Positions 46,709 through 56,898 are shown, counted from the stretch's first letter. The stretch: 64,000 bases of DNA from an uncultured Verrucomicrobiota bacterium (GCA_964516325.1 CAZFAP010000001.1:2221-66220), one strand, 5' to 3'. A program made the numbers and translations. The notes: generated by a model from the letters alone, not told the origin.

Positions 46709-47905
46709 TTACGGCTTTCGGACTTCCGCTATCTTGCTGGTGTTCGGGTCTATCACCCAAACCTCCGAAAATCCTTCGGGCGCCAGCCGCCGCTCAAAGG
46801 GGGCCTTCATCCTGAAGTAAACAGCCAATTCCACTTTCAGAAGAATGTTTCCACCCTCATATCCCAGACGATCGAATGCCTCTTTTTCTATTTTGTCAGC
46901 CACGACTCCGGGTTGAGCCTTGTACCACGGGAGATCCTGTTCTGGTCTGGCGTAGTGCCCGGCGAACTTGCTCGCGTCCTGAAAGTCCGCCGAATAGCCC
47001 TTCCAGAGTGCCTCGAAATCAAATTCTCGATCGTTTATGGTCAGGGTCGCCGCCTGCGACTCTCTGGCTCCCACGGAGTTGCCGACGACGCATACGTAGT
47101 TGCCTTCATCGCTCTTCTGGACCGACGAGATCGTGTATTCGGCCTGAACTGCGCCTTCGATCTTCTTACCGTCTTTCATCCACTCGTACGATGCGCCTCC
47201 CGCAGCCACAACATGGAACGTAACCGGATTCCCCACTTCCGCCGTCGTAGATTTGGGTTGAGATGAGATGATGGGGAGTCGCCCCGTCTTGAAACTGTAC
47301 GCCTGCTTTTCCATGCGGTTGCGGGCAAGGTCTGTTGCCTCGACCATCACCGTCACGGTCTGTCCTTCCTGGAAGTCTTCGGCTGGGTCGCAAGAAACCA
47401 GATACCCATTCTGGCTTTCGGTGATTTCAGGGTTCCCAGGCTGATCGTTCACCGTCATCGTGACTGTCTTCGCGTCCACTCCAATGCCGTCATCCTTGAC
47501 ATGCAGGGTGATCGCCGCGCCGATGGGAACGTTCTCTGCGTCGTTAGGTGGTGAAGGATTCGCTGTATAAGGGGGCCGAGTGTCCACGACCCTGACGGTT
47601 CTGGTCGTCCTCCTTTCATTTCCTGCGGAATCCTTGACTCTGTAAACCAACTTGTATTCGCCCAGCTTTGCATGGTCCACAGCCCCCTCGACGACCACCG
47701 CACTCGTAAGGTCTCCGCCGTCGCCGTCTTCGGCTGTGTACCCTGGCTCGCTGTAGGGACCATTCCCCATTTCCAGGGTCATGAAACCATCGTCCTTCAA
47801 TGTGAGCACTGGGGGAATGCTCTCGACGGCCTTATAGACGATGCCCATGCCGCCTTCGCCCAACTTCTCAAGGACGCGGTAATGGGAGATTTCTTGCCCG
47901 ATCAT
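46709..47905 (-). CDS. Chimeric ORF. The first 26 residues are the N-terminus of a Hanks-type Ser/Thr kinase (glycine-rich loop). They are followed directly by a DUF5011 domain, an Ig-like I-set domain and a C-terminal domain of unknown function.
   Basis: MIGQEISHYRVLEKLGEGGMGIVYKA, then IPPVLTLKDDGFMTLEMG...PGYTAEDGDGGDLTS...YKLVYRVKDSAGNERRTTRTVRVVD (DUF5011), then an Ig-like stretch (EGNYVCVVGNSVG). It has no signal peptide. Confidence 0.6.
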   Translation of the reverse strand: MIGQEISHYRVLEKLGEGGMGIVYKAVESIPPVLTLKDDGFMTLEMGNGPYSEPGYTAEDGDGGDLTSAVVVEGAVDHAKLGEYKLVYRVKDSAGNERRTTRTVRVVDTRPPYTANPSPPNDAENVPIGAAITLHVKDDGIGVDAKTVTMTVNDQPGNPEITESQNGYLVSCDPAEDFQEGQTVTVMVEATDLARNRMEKQAYSFKTGRLPIISSQPKSTTAEVGNPVTFHVVAAGGASYEWMKDGKKIEGAVQAEYTISSVQKSDEGNYVCVVGNSVGARESQAATLTINDREFDFEALWKGYSADFQDASKFAGHYARPEQDLPWYKAQPGVVADKIEKEAFDRLGYEGGNILLKVELAVYFRMKAPFERRLAPEGFSEVWVIDPNTSKIAEVRKP

Positions 47906-48370
47906 GGACGGATCCTTGTGCTCATCCGGACTGGATCAACCTCCGAAAGGAGTAGGCCTCTTTTCTGCATGTAGTATACTACCTCGCTGGCGACCAGCAA
48001 TTCCTTTCTCGTGTTGCGAGAGCTGTGGCTATCGGCACACCCTATGTTCTGCTTCAAAAGCATGCTCCGCCCAACAACTCGGTCAACCAAGCCGTTATCC
48101 ACATGGCTTTCGATGTGGCATTCCCGCTCATCGTGCCTTCGTGCCCTGGCGGCGAGGACGCCGTGACAACCACAGAAACACCAAGACGCAAAAAGGATCG
48201 TACGGTGAAGGAATCGCGCACCTCGGGCGGTAACGCTGCCGCGTCGTTTTGTGGGACGCTGGCGCCACTTGGCGAGAGAACAGGGAATTCGAGTTCTGCT
48301 CTGAAACTCGGCGCCGCGGAGTCCGGATTCTCGTGGTCCCCGCGTGAGCGACGTTCGTGAGCGACTGCGG

Positions 48371-49729
48371 CTATTGAGACGTGACCCGGTAGTAGCGTTC
48401 GCCGATGCCGGTGATGTCTTCGCCTTCCCAACCGCTATTCGTGGTGGGCCAGGCGCCGGGAGCATTCTGCCAGATTGCGCCAGCCAGCTTCTCGGTCCAC
48501 TGCACGGAGTATCGCCCGTTGCCGAACCTTTGCCACGTGAGCGAGACTTTGTTTTCGGTCCTCGTGATGCTCGGCGGGTAAAGCGGCGCCAGACCGTTCT
48601 TCCAGCGGTTGACCATGGCGTTGATCCACGGGTAGTACGAACGCTGGGGCATGCCGGTGTGGCTCTGACTCCAACTGTCAGTGCCGCCGCAGAAGACCAC
48701 GGCGGTGCGGTGGTTGAGCCATGGCTCGGGGTGGTCGTCGTTCCCCGCGTTCCTGCCAAGCTCCTCGGAGTCGGTGGTGTCAAGCGTCTCGTCGGGAAAA
48801 CCTCCCACCGGAAACCAGGCGTATTCGGCGTCCAGGACGGGATCATCGCTCGTCCAGGCGATGGCGTTGTGCCAGTCAAAGGCGCAGACGTTCGTGAGTG
48901 GATAGTCCTCAAAAGTGTCGGTGCCCGTCGGGTCGTATTCGTGCAGCCAGTCCTCTCGAAGCCAGCGTGCGAATTCGCGGCACTTGTGCGCCTCGTCGTC
49001 TGACAGATAGCACATCGGCGGCGCCTGCATGGCGATGAAAAGAAGGTCAGGATGCTCCACAAAGAGGTTCAACATTCCCCTGTACGCGACCTTGAGTTGG
49101 GCCAGGGAGGAATCCGCCCCACTCCAGTCGCCATGACTCCAGTGGGTGTCTGTGTAGCCGTCCTCTACGGAATCCGTGGAGTTGAGATAGACGAAATTAT
49201 TGACGCCGTTGTCCGAGTAGGGGGTGCCGCCGATTACGCTTCCCTCAGCATTGTAAACCGTATCGTAGCTGGACACAGACGACCCGGGATAGCATGGTTT
49301 GAACATGATGATGTCCATCTGTTCCGCGCGATATTCATACCACGCCAACATGAAGTCGTCGGGCGGAATCTCCCGGACCGGACTCACCCCGGGACCTTCA
49401 TAGCGATAGTACTTGTCGCTGAGCTTGACGCCGAGCTCCCGCTGGAACCGCTTGTACCAGTGCCGGTAGTCCGTATAATTGTTCCCATAAACGTACTGTT
49501 CGCCGATGCGGGAGTGCAATGTGTAGCCGAGGTTTTCCAGTGCGACGCTCAGTCCGTCGTCCAAAAGGTTGCCTCCGGAAGAGTGATGAAAGAAGTTGAA
49601 CACCATGTCGCCGATATTCTCCGGTGTGTCGAAATTGTATTCGTCGAATTCCGCCCAGAGAGGCGGAGCGAAAAGGAATACGAAAAGGGAGACGGCGACC
49701 GCAAGGTCAAAACGGAAACCATTTCTCAT
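48371..49729 (-). CDS. Secreted hypothetical protein (452 aa) carrying the conserved C-terminal ~65-aa domain shared with two other secreted proteins
   Basis: Signal peptide MRNGFRFDLAVAVSLFVFLFAPPLWA; C-terminus VSLTWQRFGNGRYSVQW...YYRVTSQ. The overlapping track ORF 47902..49062 is an antisense artefact rich in R/S/T/P. Confidence 0.7.
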   Translation of the reverse strand: MRNGFRFDLAVAVSLFVFLFAPPLWAEFDEYNFDTPENIGDMVFNFFHHSSGGNLLDDGLSVALENLGYTLHSRIGEQYVYGNNYTDYRHWYKRFQRELGVKLSDKYYRYEGPGVSPVREIPPDDFMLAWYEYRAEQMDIIMFKPCYPGSSVSSYDTVYNAEGSVIGGTPYSDNGVNNFVYLNSTDSVEDGYTDTHWSHGDWSGADSSLAQLKVAYRGMLNLFVEHPDLLFIAMQAPPMCYLSDDEAHKCREFARWLREDWLHEYDPTGTDTFEDYPLTNVCAFDWHNAIAWTSDDPVLDAEYAWFPVGGFPDETLDTTDSEELGRNAGNDDHPEPWLNHRTAVVFCGGTDSWSQSHTGMPQRSYYPWINAMVNRWKNGLAPLYPPSITRTENKVSLTWQRFGNGRYSVQWTEKLAGAIWQNAPGAWPTTNSGWEGEDITGIGERYYRVTSQ

Positions 49730-50203
49730 GATCCGGTCCTCCTGTTATCTGCTGCCAGGCCGCAGTGCGAACAATTCGCTAAAGTCTGCTGGACGCCATG
49801 GAATCTGGGGGAGAGAGCCTGTCCCTGGGTTAGCCACTATGAATGATAATCGTGACGTGGCTGGGCGGCAGCGCGCCGCCCGCCTGCCCACCTCAGCACC
49901 AGACACTGCACCCACCCTACCCCGCTGGAAATGCCGTGAGCAAAATGTGGGTCGTTCGGATACTCCACTCAGCCACCGGTTGGCGTACACGGAACGCATT
50001 CTATCAAAATGGAACTCGCCAGCGAAAGAAGGCTTCCATCGCCACCCCTCCCGAATTCGGGCGTTGCGTATGGGTCAGAAGTGGGTTATCCTCTGACTCA
50101 GTGGGAAGTGTCGTCTCGTTTCCTGTTGACCAGGCCAGAGTCATCGCTGGTCATCCGTGAAAAGGTACCGAAGGCGATCACCGCGATAGGAGGGGGCGCA
50201 ACG

Positions 50204-52438
50204 ATGCTCAGAGCCACTCTTTTCGCCATATTTCTCTTCGCCCTTGTCTTCATTCCCCTGGGCTTGACTGGGGCAGATTGGTGCGTGGCGACTGCGCCGG
50301 CAGGGTCCGATTCAAATGCCGGGCGGGAGGATGGGCCTTGGGGGACGATTCTGAACGGCCTCCTCGGGGGTAATTCCGCTCGTGGGGACACGCCGCTTCC
50401 TTCCTCGAGCACGCCGACTTGCTCCTCCGTCGAGGACTGGATGGAAGGCGCCGCTGGCCCGGACAGTGCTGCCTCGAAACCGTGCGTTAGCGCATCCATG
50501 AGCATGGACGTGGGAGCGGACGAGACCCAGGACACGACCCCTCCGATGATCACTCTGTCGGGCGCGAATCCGATGACTCTTGAGGCGGGGACGGCTTACT
50601 ATGAGCCGGGGTACTATGCAGAGGACAATGTGGACGGCAACATCACCTATTGGGTAGTGGTCTCCGGTTGGGTGAACTACACCACGCCCGGCACCTACAC
50701 CTTGCGCTACAATGTCCGCGATTCCTCGGGCAATGCCGCCGAGGAGAAAACCCGGACAGTCAAAGTCGTGGATACCATCCCCCCGGTTATCACTTTGTAT
50801 GGCGATACTTCGATGGTGCTCCAGGCGGGAACTTCGTATTCCGAGCCCGGTTACACGGCGACGGACAACTGCGACGGAAACATTACGTGGTGGGTGACCG
50901 TCAGCGGCTATGTCTATTCCAGCGTGCTGGGGAGCTACACCCTCCGCTACAACGTCAAGGACTCGTCCGGGAATCCCGCTGAAGAGAAAATCCGCACGGT
51001 GAACGTGGTGGACACCACTGCTCCGGTGATTGCGCTCTCAGGGGATAATCCCATGACGCTGGAGGTAGGGAACTGGTACGTGGAGCCCGGCTACAGCGCC
51101 ACGGACAACTATGACGGCGACATCACCTCGAGGGTGTTTGTAACCGGCTCCGTGGACCACAGAACCGTCGGCAGCTATAAGATTCATTACAGCGTGACCG
51201 ACTCCTCTGGGAACCCCGCCCAAGAGAAGACGAGGACCGTCAATGTTGTGGACAGGACGCCGCCGGTGATCACCCTTTTGGGCGACAATACCATGAGATT
51301 GGAATGCGCGACTTCTTACTCGGAGCCGGGATACACCGCCACGGACAATTACGATGGGGATATGACGCTGGACGTTGTGGTCACGGGCACAGTAGATCAC
51401 ACGGCTCCGGGCAGTTACACCCTGAGATACAACGTGAAGGATTCTAACGGGAATGCGGCGGAAGAGAAGATCAGAGTTGTTACCGTCGTGGACATCACTC
51501 CTCCAGTGATTGTTCTGGCGGGCGATAACCAGATCACCCTGGAAGTCGGGACTCCCTATATTGAGCCGCGCTACACCGCGACCGACAACTGCGAGGGCGA
51601 CGTTACATCAGACGTGGTGGTCAGCGGCTCCGTGGATCCTACCGCCGTCGGAAGCTACACCTTGCGCTACAACGTAACCGACTGGAGCGGGAATTACGCC
51701 GAGCAGAAGACCCGGACAATCAACATTGTGGACACGACCCGGCCGGTAATCACGCTCTCAGGGGATAATCCCATGACGCTGGAGGTGGGGACCTGGTACA
51801 CGGAGCCAGGCTACGGCGCCATAGACAACGGCGACGGCGACATCACCTCGAAGGTGTTCGTGACCGGCTCGGTGGATCACAGAAGCCCGGGCAGGTACAC
51901 CCTTTACTACAACGTCACAGACTCTTCCGGCAACGTCGCCGAACAGAGAACCCGAACGGTGAACGTCGTGGACACGACCCCTCCCGTGATCACGTTGGAG
52001 GGAAAACGCTTCATGGTCCTCGACCTGGGGACACCCTATGTGGAACCGGGCTACGTCGCGACCGACAATTACGATTATGACCTGACGTGGGACGTCGTCG
52101 TTACTGGCTCGGTTGACCATACGGTCGCCGGAACCTATCTCCTCTACTACAACGTTGTGGATTCCTCCGCCAACCCCGCGAACCAGAAGACCCGCACCGT
52201 CAAGGTCGTCGAGGCGACCGTGTTCGACATCGTGGAGATCATTCAGGTGACGGAAGGAGGGGTGCAGGTGACCTGGGTCAGCCAGCCCGGCGCCAGCTAT
52301 TCCATCTGGTCGTGCAGCAGCCTCGCTCGTGAACTCTGGCACGAGGAAACGACCGTGGAATCCCAGGGCAGAATGACAATCTGGTCCGACCCCGACACAG
52401 CCTCCTCCAATAAGTTCTACAAGGTTCAGTTGAAGTGA
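50204..52438 (+). CDS. Secreted protein with 7 tandem DUF5011 (Ig-like) repeats and the conserved C-terminal domain
   Basis: AGGAGGGGG RBS and signal peptide MLRATLFAIFLFALVFIPLGLTGA. Seven 80-aa repeats of P.I.L.GDN.M.LE.G..Y.EPGY.A.DN.DG.IT..V.V.GSVD....G.Y.L.YNV.DSSGN.A.E.TRTV.VVD. The C-terminus reads VQVTWVSQPGASYSIWS...FYKVQLK. Confidence 0.8.
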   Translation: MLRATLFAIFLFALVFIPLGLTGADWCVATAPAGSDSNAGREDGPWGTILNGLLGGNSARGDTPLPSSSTPTCSSVEDWMEGAAGPDSAASKPCVSASMSMDVGADETQDTTPPMITLSGANPMTLEAGTAYYEPGYYAEDNVDGNITYWVVVSGWVNYTTPGTYTLRYNVRDSSGNAAEEKTRTVKVVDTIPPVITLYGDTSMVLQAGTSYSEPGYTATDNCDGNITWWVTVSGYVYSSVLGSYTLRYNVKDSSGNPAEEKIRTVNVVDTTAPVIALSGDNPMTLEVGNWYVEPGYSATDNYDGDITSRVFVTGSVDHRTVGSYKIHYSVTDSSGNPAQEKTRTVNVVDRTPPVITLLGDNTMRLECATSYSEPGYTATDNYDGDMTLDVVVTGTVDHTAPGSYTLRYNVKDSNGNAAEEKIRVVTVVDITPPVIVLAGDNQITLEVGTPYIEPRYTATDNCEGDVTSDVVVSGSVDPTAVGSYTLRYNVTDWSGNYAEQKTRTINIVDTTRPVITLSGDNPMTLEVGTWYTEPGYGAIDNGDGDITSKVFVTGSVDHRSPGRYTLYYNVTDSSGNVAEQRTRTVNVVDTTPPVITLEGKRFMVLDLGTPYVEPGYVATDNYDYDLTWDVVVTGSVDHTVAGTYLLYYNVVDSSANPANQKTRTVKVVEATVFDIVEIIQVTEGGVQVTWVSQPGASYSIWSCSSLARELWHEETTVESQGRMTIWSDPDTASSNKFYKVQLK
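50534..52213 (+). repeat. Intragenic tandem array of 7 DUF5011 repeats, 240 bp each. Repeats 3 (51014-51253) and 6 (51734-51973) are ~85% identical at the DNA level.
   Basis: Direct comparison of 51040-51250 with 51760-51970 shows long identical runs, for example CTCTCAGGGGATAATCCCATGACGCTGGAGGT and GACATCACCTCGA. Confidence 0.6.
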
Positions 52439-52693
52439 TGAGCCCACCCGCGGACCCAGCAGTCTGCGGCGCGCTGCCGCGGCACGGGCCTCGTCCCACT
52501 CACCTTGGTTCCGGTCGGTCTCTCATGCTCAGGAGACGGCCCACCGTTCTCGTCCCTCACTTCGAGCCTCTGATGGTCAGCGTGCTTCTTGACAGTTGAA
52601 GCTGGCGTCAAGTGAAGGCGGCGGGGTTTCTCGACGGCTGCATTCATAAGCACAAAAATACGGCGAGAGCGAAGGGCGGCAACGGTTTGGACG

Positions 52694-54961
52694 TTAGGGG
52701 CTTGACCGCGGTTCCACGCCGAGGAGGCGCCGGACAAAGAAATCCTGGCGGCGCCGGCTGGCATAGGGTGTCTCAGCGGCTCCGTGTCCCATCCCCGGCG
52801 CCACCAGCAGGTCAAAATCCTTATTTGCCTTTATCAGGGCGTTGACAACTTGCATGGTGGAAGCGGGGTCCACGTTCTTGTCCATCTCGCCGACGATGAG
52901 CAGCAATTTGCCTTCGAGCCTGTGCGCCTGGGTCACGTTCGACTGCTCCTCATAATGCGAGCCAACGGGCCAGCCCATCCAGAGTTCGTTCCACCAGATT
53001 TTGTCCATTCGGTTATCGTGGCAGCCGCAATCGCAAACGGCAACCTTGTAGAAGTCGCCGTGGGCGAGTAGCGCGCGCAGGGCGCTTTGCCCGCCTGCTG
53101 ACCCGCCATAGATGCCCACGCGCGTGACGTCCATATAATGGTATTTCGCCGCGGCGGCTTTGATCCAGAGGATGCGGTCGGGGAAGCCGGAGTCGGCCAG
53201 GTTCTTCCAGCAAACGTCCTGGAATTTCTTGGAACGGTCGGATGTCCCCATACCGTCAATTTGGACAGCGATGAAACCGAGTTCCGCCATCCCCTGCGGG
53301 CCATGGTAAGACCTGAAACGCTTGGGCACAAATGAGCCTTGCGGTCCCGCATATATTTCTTCTATGACCGGGTAGGTTCTGTTTGGATCAAAGGTCGTCG
53401 GCCGGTAAATGACGCCATAGATGTCGGTCTGACCGTCGCGTCCTTTGGCAACGAAGCGCTCTGGCGCCTGCCAGCCGGTCTTGAGAAGCTCTGACCAATC
53501 GGCTCTCTCAAGCTCGCAGACGGGCTTTCCATCTTCGGAGCGTCGCAGTTCAATCACTGGCGGCATGTCCACTCGCGACCACGTGTCGAGGAAGAAGAGC
53601 CGGTCGGGGGAGTATTCAATCGAGTGCGTGCCCTCGCCCTCCGTGAGAACAAGCAGCCCACTGCCATCGAAATTGACCCGGCAGTAATGGATATGGTAAG
53701 GCTCCTGACCGGGATGTATGCCGCCCGCGTGAAACCAGATCTGCCGCTTCTCTTCGTCCACGTGGTCCACGCCGCGGACGACCCAGTCCCCCTTTGTGAT
53801 CTGGTTTTTTACGCTGCTCGTCTCGGCGTCGTAGAGGTACAGGTGGTTCCAGCCGTCCCGCTCCGACATCCAGATGATCTCTCGCGTCTCGTCAATGCGG
53901 TGCATGAACTGTTTGTGAGCGTAGTCAATGAATGTATCGCTTTGCTCGTCAATGATAGCGCGGGCCGCCCCTGTCTCAACATCAACCGCGATGACTCGCA
54001 GCACTTGGTGCCCGCGCTGGTTATAAACGAACGTAAACCGCCGGGAGTCGCTGTCCCATCGGAAGTCGCTCACACTCCACGGATTCGGAAAGAGCTCATT
54101 GCTCATGGGAATGTGCTTCCTCGCAGAGACATCGAAGAGTTGGGGCATGGAAATCGGGATGCGGTCGCCAGGTTTGGGATAGGTGAATGAGTGCAACCTC
54201 GGCTGAAGTTGGTCTTTCGGAGACGACTCGACGAAATAGACCTTACGGTTGTCCCCTTTCTTCGTGCGGAGAGCCACGAGCTTTTTTGAATCCGGCGACC
54301 AGAAAACCCTCCCGGAGTATTCGTCTTCCGGATTGCCGTCCGTGCTGAGGGAAAATTCCTCCCCCTCGTCGAGGTCGCGGACGTAAAGGTTGTGATCCTT
54401 GAAGAACGCGAGCCACTTGCCGTCGGGTGATTCATTCCGACGAGGCGGCGGCGACTTCTTGCTCTCTCTTTTCGTCGGCGCTTCCGAGGACTCGACCTCT
54501 GTCAACGAGTAGTCATCCAACCCACATTTCCACGCTTTGCCTTCCGCCTTGAATCGGACCGCGTTTTCACATTCGAGGAATTCGATCTCGTCTATCGGCA
54601 GTTGAGTTGCGGTGTATTCCTTGCCGGTCGTGCGGGACAGGGATTCTGCCAATTTGGCATGGTCGAAAGCAGGCTGGCGAGTCCCGTTGGCGGCGTCCAC
54701 GACGATGAACTCCTTTGCCTCTTGGGGCAAGTCATTGCGATACCAGAAGCGACTGTTGTTGGCGAACCAGCGCGGTTTAACACTCGCCTTGAATACCTTG
54801 TTCTCCGTCAGTTTGCGGAGGTTGTTAGCGCGTTCGTAGTCCGAGCGCGTGCCTTGTGCTTGCAAGGAACTCGGGGCCCCCGACAGCACAATCGAAGAAA
54901 GACAGACCACTGTGAAATAGGGGACTCTCACCGTTTCTCTCCCTCTTGGTTGAACAACCAT
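52694..54961 (-). CDS. S9-family serine peptidase, dipeptidyl-peptidase IV-like (beta-propeller plus alpha/beta-hydrolase)
   Basis: DPP-IV N-terminal propeller; GGSAGG nucleophile elbow; catalytic D and H positions in the C-terminal hydrolase domain; signal peptide-like N-terminus. Confidence 0.85.
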   Translation of the reverse strand: MVVQPRGRETVRVPYFTVVCLSSIVLSGAPSSLQAQGTRSDYERANNLRKLTENKVFKASVKPRWFANNSRFWYRNDLPQEAKEFIVVDAANGTRQPAFDHAKLAESLSRTTGKEYTATQLPIDEIEFLECENAVRFKAEGKAWKCGLDDYSLTEVESSEAPTKRESKKSPPPRRNESPDGKWLAFFKDHNLYVRDLDEGEEFSLSTDGNPEDEYSGRVFWSPDSKKLVALRTKKGDNRKVYFVESSPKDQLQPRLHSFTYPKPGDRIPISMPQLFDVSARKHIPMSNELFPNPWSVSDFRWDSDSRRFTFVYNQRGHQVLRVIAVDVETGAARAIIDEQSDTFIDYAHKQFMHRIDETREIIWMSERDGWNHLYLYDAETSSVKNQITKGDWVVRGVDHVDEEKRQIWFHAGGIHPGQEPYHIHYCRVNFDGSGLLVLTEGEGTHSIEYSPDRLFFLDTWSRVDMPPVIELRRSEDGKPVCELERADWSELLKTGWQAPERFVAKGRDGQTDIYGVIYRPTTFDPNRTYPVIEEIYAGPQGSFVPKRFRSYHGPQGMAELGFIAVQIDGMGTSDRSKKFQDVCWKNLADSGFPDRILWIKAAAAKYHYMDVTRVGIYGGSAGGQSALRALLAHGDFYKVAVCDCGCHDNRMDKIWWNELWMGWPVGSHYEEQSNVTQAHRLEGKLLLIVGEMDKNVDPASTMQVVNALIKANKDFDLLVAPGMGHGAAETPYASRRRQDFFVRRLLGVEPRSSP

Positions 54962-55410
54962 ATCCTTTTTGCATCGCGGTTTGCGCCAGAAAGCTTCCCA
55001 TCCAGGTCCCGTTTCCCTCGACGCAGAGACCTCGCCCTCTTCTCATAGCGAGGATAACTCAACCCGCCCAATTCAGGCAATTGTCTCAATCTTCCGCACA
55101 AAGAACAATGGAGCCTCACAGGGAAGCCGATTTTCTGCAATCAAACTGGTTGACAGCCGTCAAGAAGGGGGTTAGCTATTAGCCTGGGCGCGGCACGACA
55201 GAAAGGCGACTGATTCAGGACTCGTCGGGCGACGCGAAATTTCCATGCCAAAGAGAGCGAAGGAGCCGCCGCCAAGGCTCTCACGCCAACAGGACGCGTC
55301 ATGCCGCCACCAGCGGCGCGATTGCGAGGCGTACAAAGCGGACACCCTCAAAGAGATAGACCGGAACGCCGATTGCGCCCTGAAGTGTAAGAACAAGGAG
55401 CATTAACCTG

Positions 55411-56736
55411 ATGCGGTTTCCAAACTTACTTGCCACGAAGCCCCGGCGATTCGCCGCCTTCTTCTGCTTATACCTCACCGAGGGACTTCCCCTTGGGTTC
55501 ACGGCGACCGCCATAGCGACGCAGATGCGCCGCCAGGGTGTCGGACCGGCTGCCATCGGGGTCTTTGTCGGAACCCTGTATCTGCCCTGGAGTTGGAAGT
55601 GGGTCATCGGGCCTTTCGTTGACGTTTTCTACTCCGACCGGCTTGGGCGGCGTCGGGCGTGGATCGTGGCGACGCAGCTCCTGATGGTCCTCATGTTGAT
55701 GGTCGCCATGCCAACCAACTACACGACGGAGATAAAACTCTTCACGTTGTTGATCATGGTCCTCAACGTTTTCAGCGCGACCCAGGATGTCGCCATTGAC
55801 GCATTGGCCTGCAGTGTTCTCAAGGAAGAGGAACGCGGGCTGGCAAACGGGTTGATGTTCGCCGGAGCCTATGTCGGACAGGCGATTGGTGGATCGGGCG
55901 TCCTGCTCCTGGCGAGATATGTCGGGTTCAATACCACGTTCTTCTTCGTCGCCGCATGCATCTTGGCTGTTACTTCTCTTGTGTCGCTGAACCTGCGAGA
56001 GCCGAAGACGGGCAAAGTGTCCGCGTCGCCCGGGTCCTGGTTTGCGGTCGCCGCTGCCGAGATCCGAAGTTACTCTGTGAAAGCGGTCAAGGCGTTCTTC
56101 GGAACGCGGGCAGCACGTGTCGGGCTTCTCTTCGCTCTCCTCCCCGCAGGGGCGTATTCTCTCTCCCTCGCGCTTCAGTCGAATTTAGCAGTGGAACTTG
56201 GCCTGAGCGATTCGGAAATCGCTGTTCTCGCCCTTGTGTCCACAATCATCTCGGCCGCTGGGTGCATCGTCGGCGGTTTTCTGTCTGACCGATTTGGGCG
56301 AAGGAAGATGCTCGCGCTGTACTTGGTGGGCACGGCCATTGCCACCGTTTACCTGGCGATAGTGATGTACGGCAAGAAATGGATCATGCCAATAGACCCC
56401 CGCATGCCGAGCCGGCCCCTCCCGCCACAAGCTCTTATCACTTCTTTTTGGGCGGCGAACATCGCCTATTCGGTCTTTCAAGGCTTGATGTACGGAACAC
56501 GCACGGCGCTGTTCATGGATATTTGTACGCCAGCAGTTGCGGCCACCCAATTCACCGCCTACATGGCGCTGCTCAACGTTGTCATCTGGTATTCCGCTAT
56601 ATGGCAAGGGAGGGCTATCGAGGCCTGGGGATACCCCGCCACCTTGATGCTCGACGCCGGCGCTGGACTTGTCTGCATCTGGCTTTTGCCCTTAATGACG
56701 AAGCCAACGCAGTCGGCTGCGTCCCCCGAAACCTGA
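55411..56736 (+). CDS. MFS transporter, AmpG-family (muropeptide / oligosaccharide permease-like)
   Basis: TEGLPLGF...LPWSWKWVIGPFVD...GRRRAW matches the AmpG family signature; 12 TM helices. Confidence 0.75.
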   Translation: MRFPNLLATKPRRFAAFFCLYLTEGLPLGFTATAIATQMRRQGVGPAAIGVFVGTLYLPWSWKWVIGPFVDVFYSDRLGRRRAWIVATQLLMVLMLMVAMPTNYTTEIKLFTLLIMVLNVFSATQDVAIDALACSVLKEEERGLANGLMFAGAYVGQAIGGSGVLLLARYVGFNTTFFFVAACILAVTSLVSLNLREPKTGKVSASPGSWFAVAAAEIRSYSVKAVKAFFGTRAARVGLLFALLPAGAYSLSLALQSNLAVELGLSDSEIAVLALVSTIISAAGCIVGGFLSDRFGRRKMLALYLVGTAIATVYLAIVMYGKKWIMPIDPRMPSRPLPPQALITSFWAANIAYSVFQGLMYGTRTALFMDICTPAVAATQFTAYMALLNVVIWYSAIWQGRAIEAWGYPATLMLDAGAGLVCIWLLPLMTKPTQSAASPET

Positions 56737-56898
56737 TTTCGTCTTCGCCTCGGGAAACCATCCCATGACCTCCGTGCGGAATCCAAACCCGCCACCGTGC
56801 CAAGCGAAGAGGTTATCGGACGCGCCATACACCAGAGCATTGGTCCCGTTCGCGGGGACATCGCTGTTTCATTGCGTTCCGACACCGCCGTCGCCTCG

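Noticed and set aside
47902-49062. 386-aa ORF rich in R/S/T/P (MWSILTFFSSPCRRRRC...)
   Set aside because: Its composition is typical of an antisense or off-frame read of a GC-rich gene. It is fully contained within the better-supported secreted-protein gene 48371..49729, which has a signal peptide and the conserved C-terminal domain.
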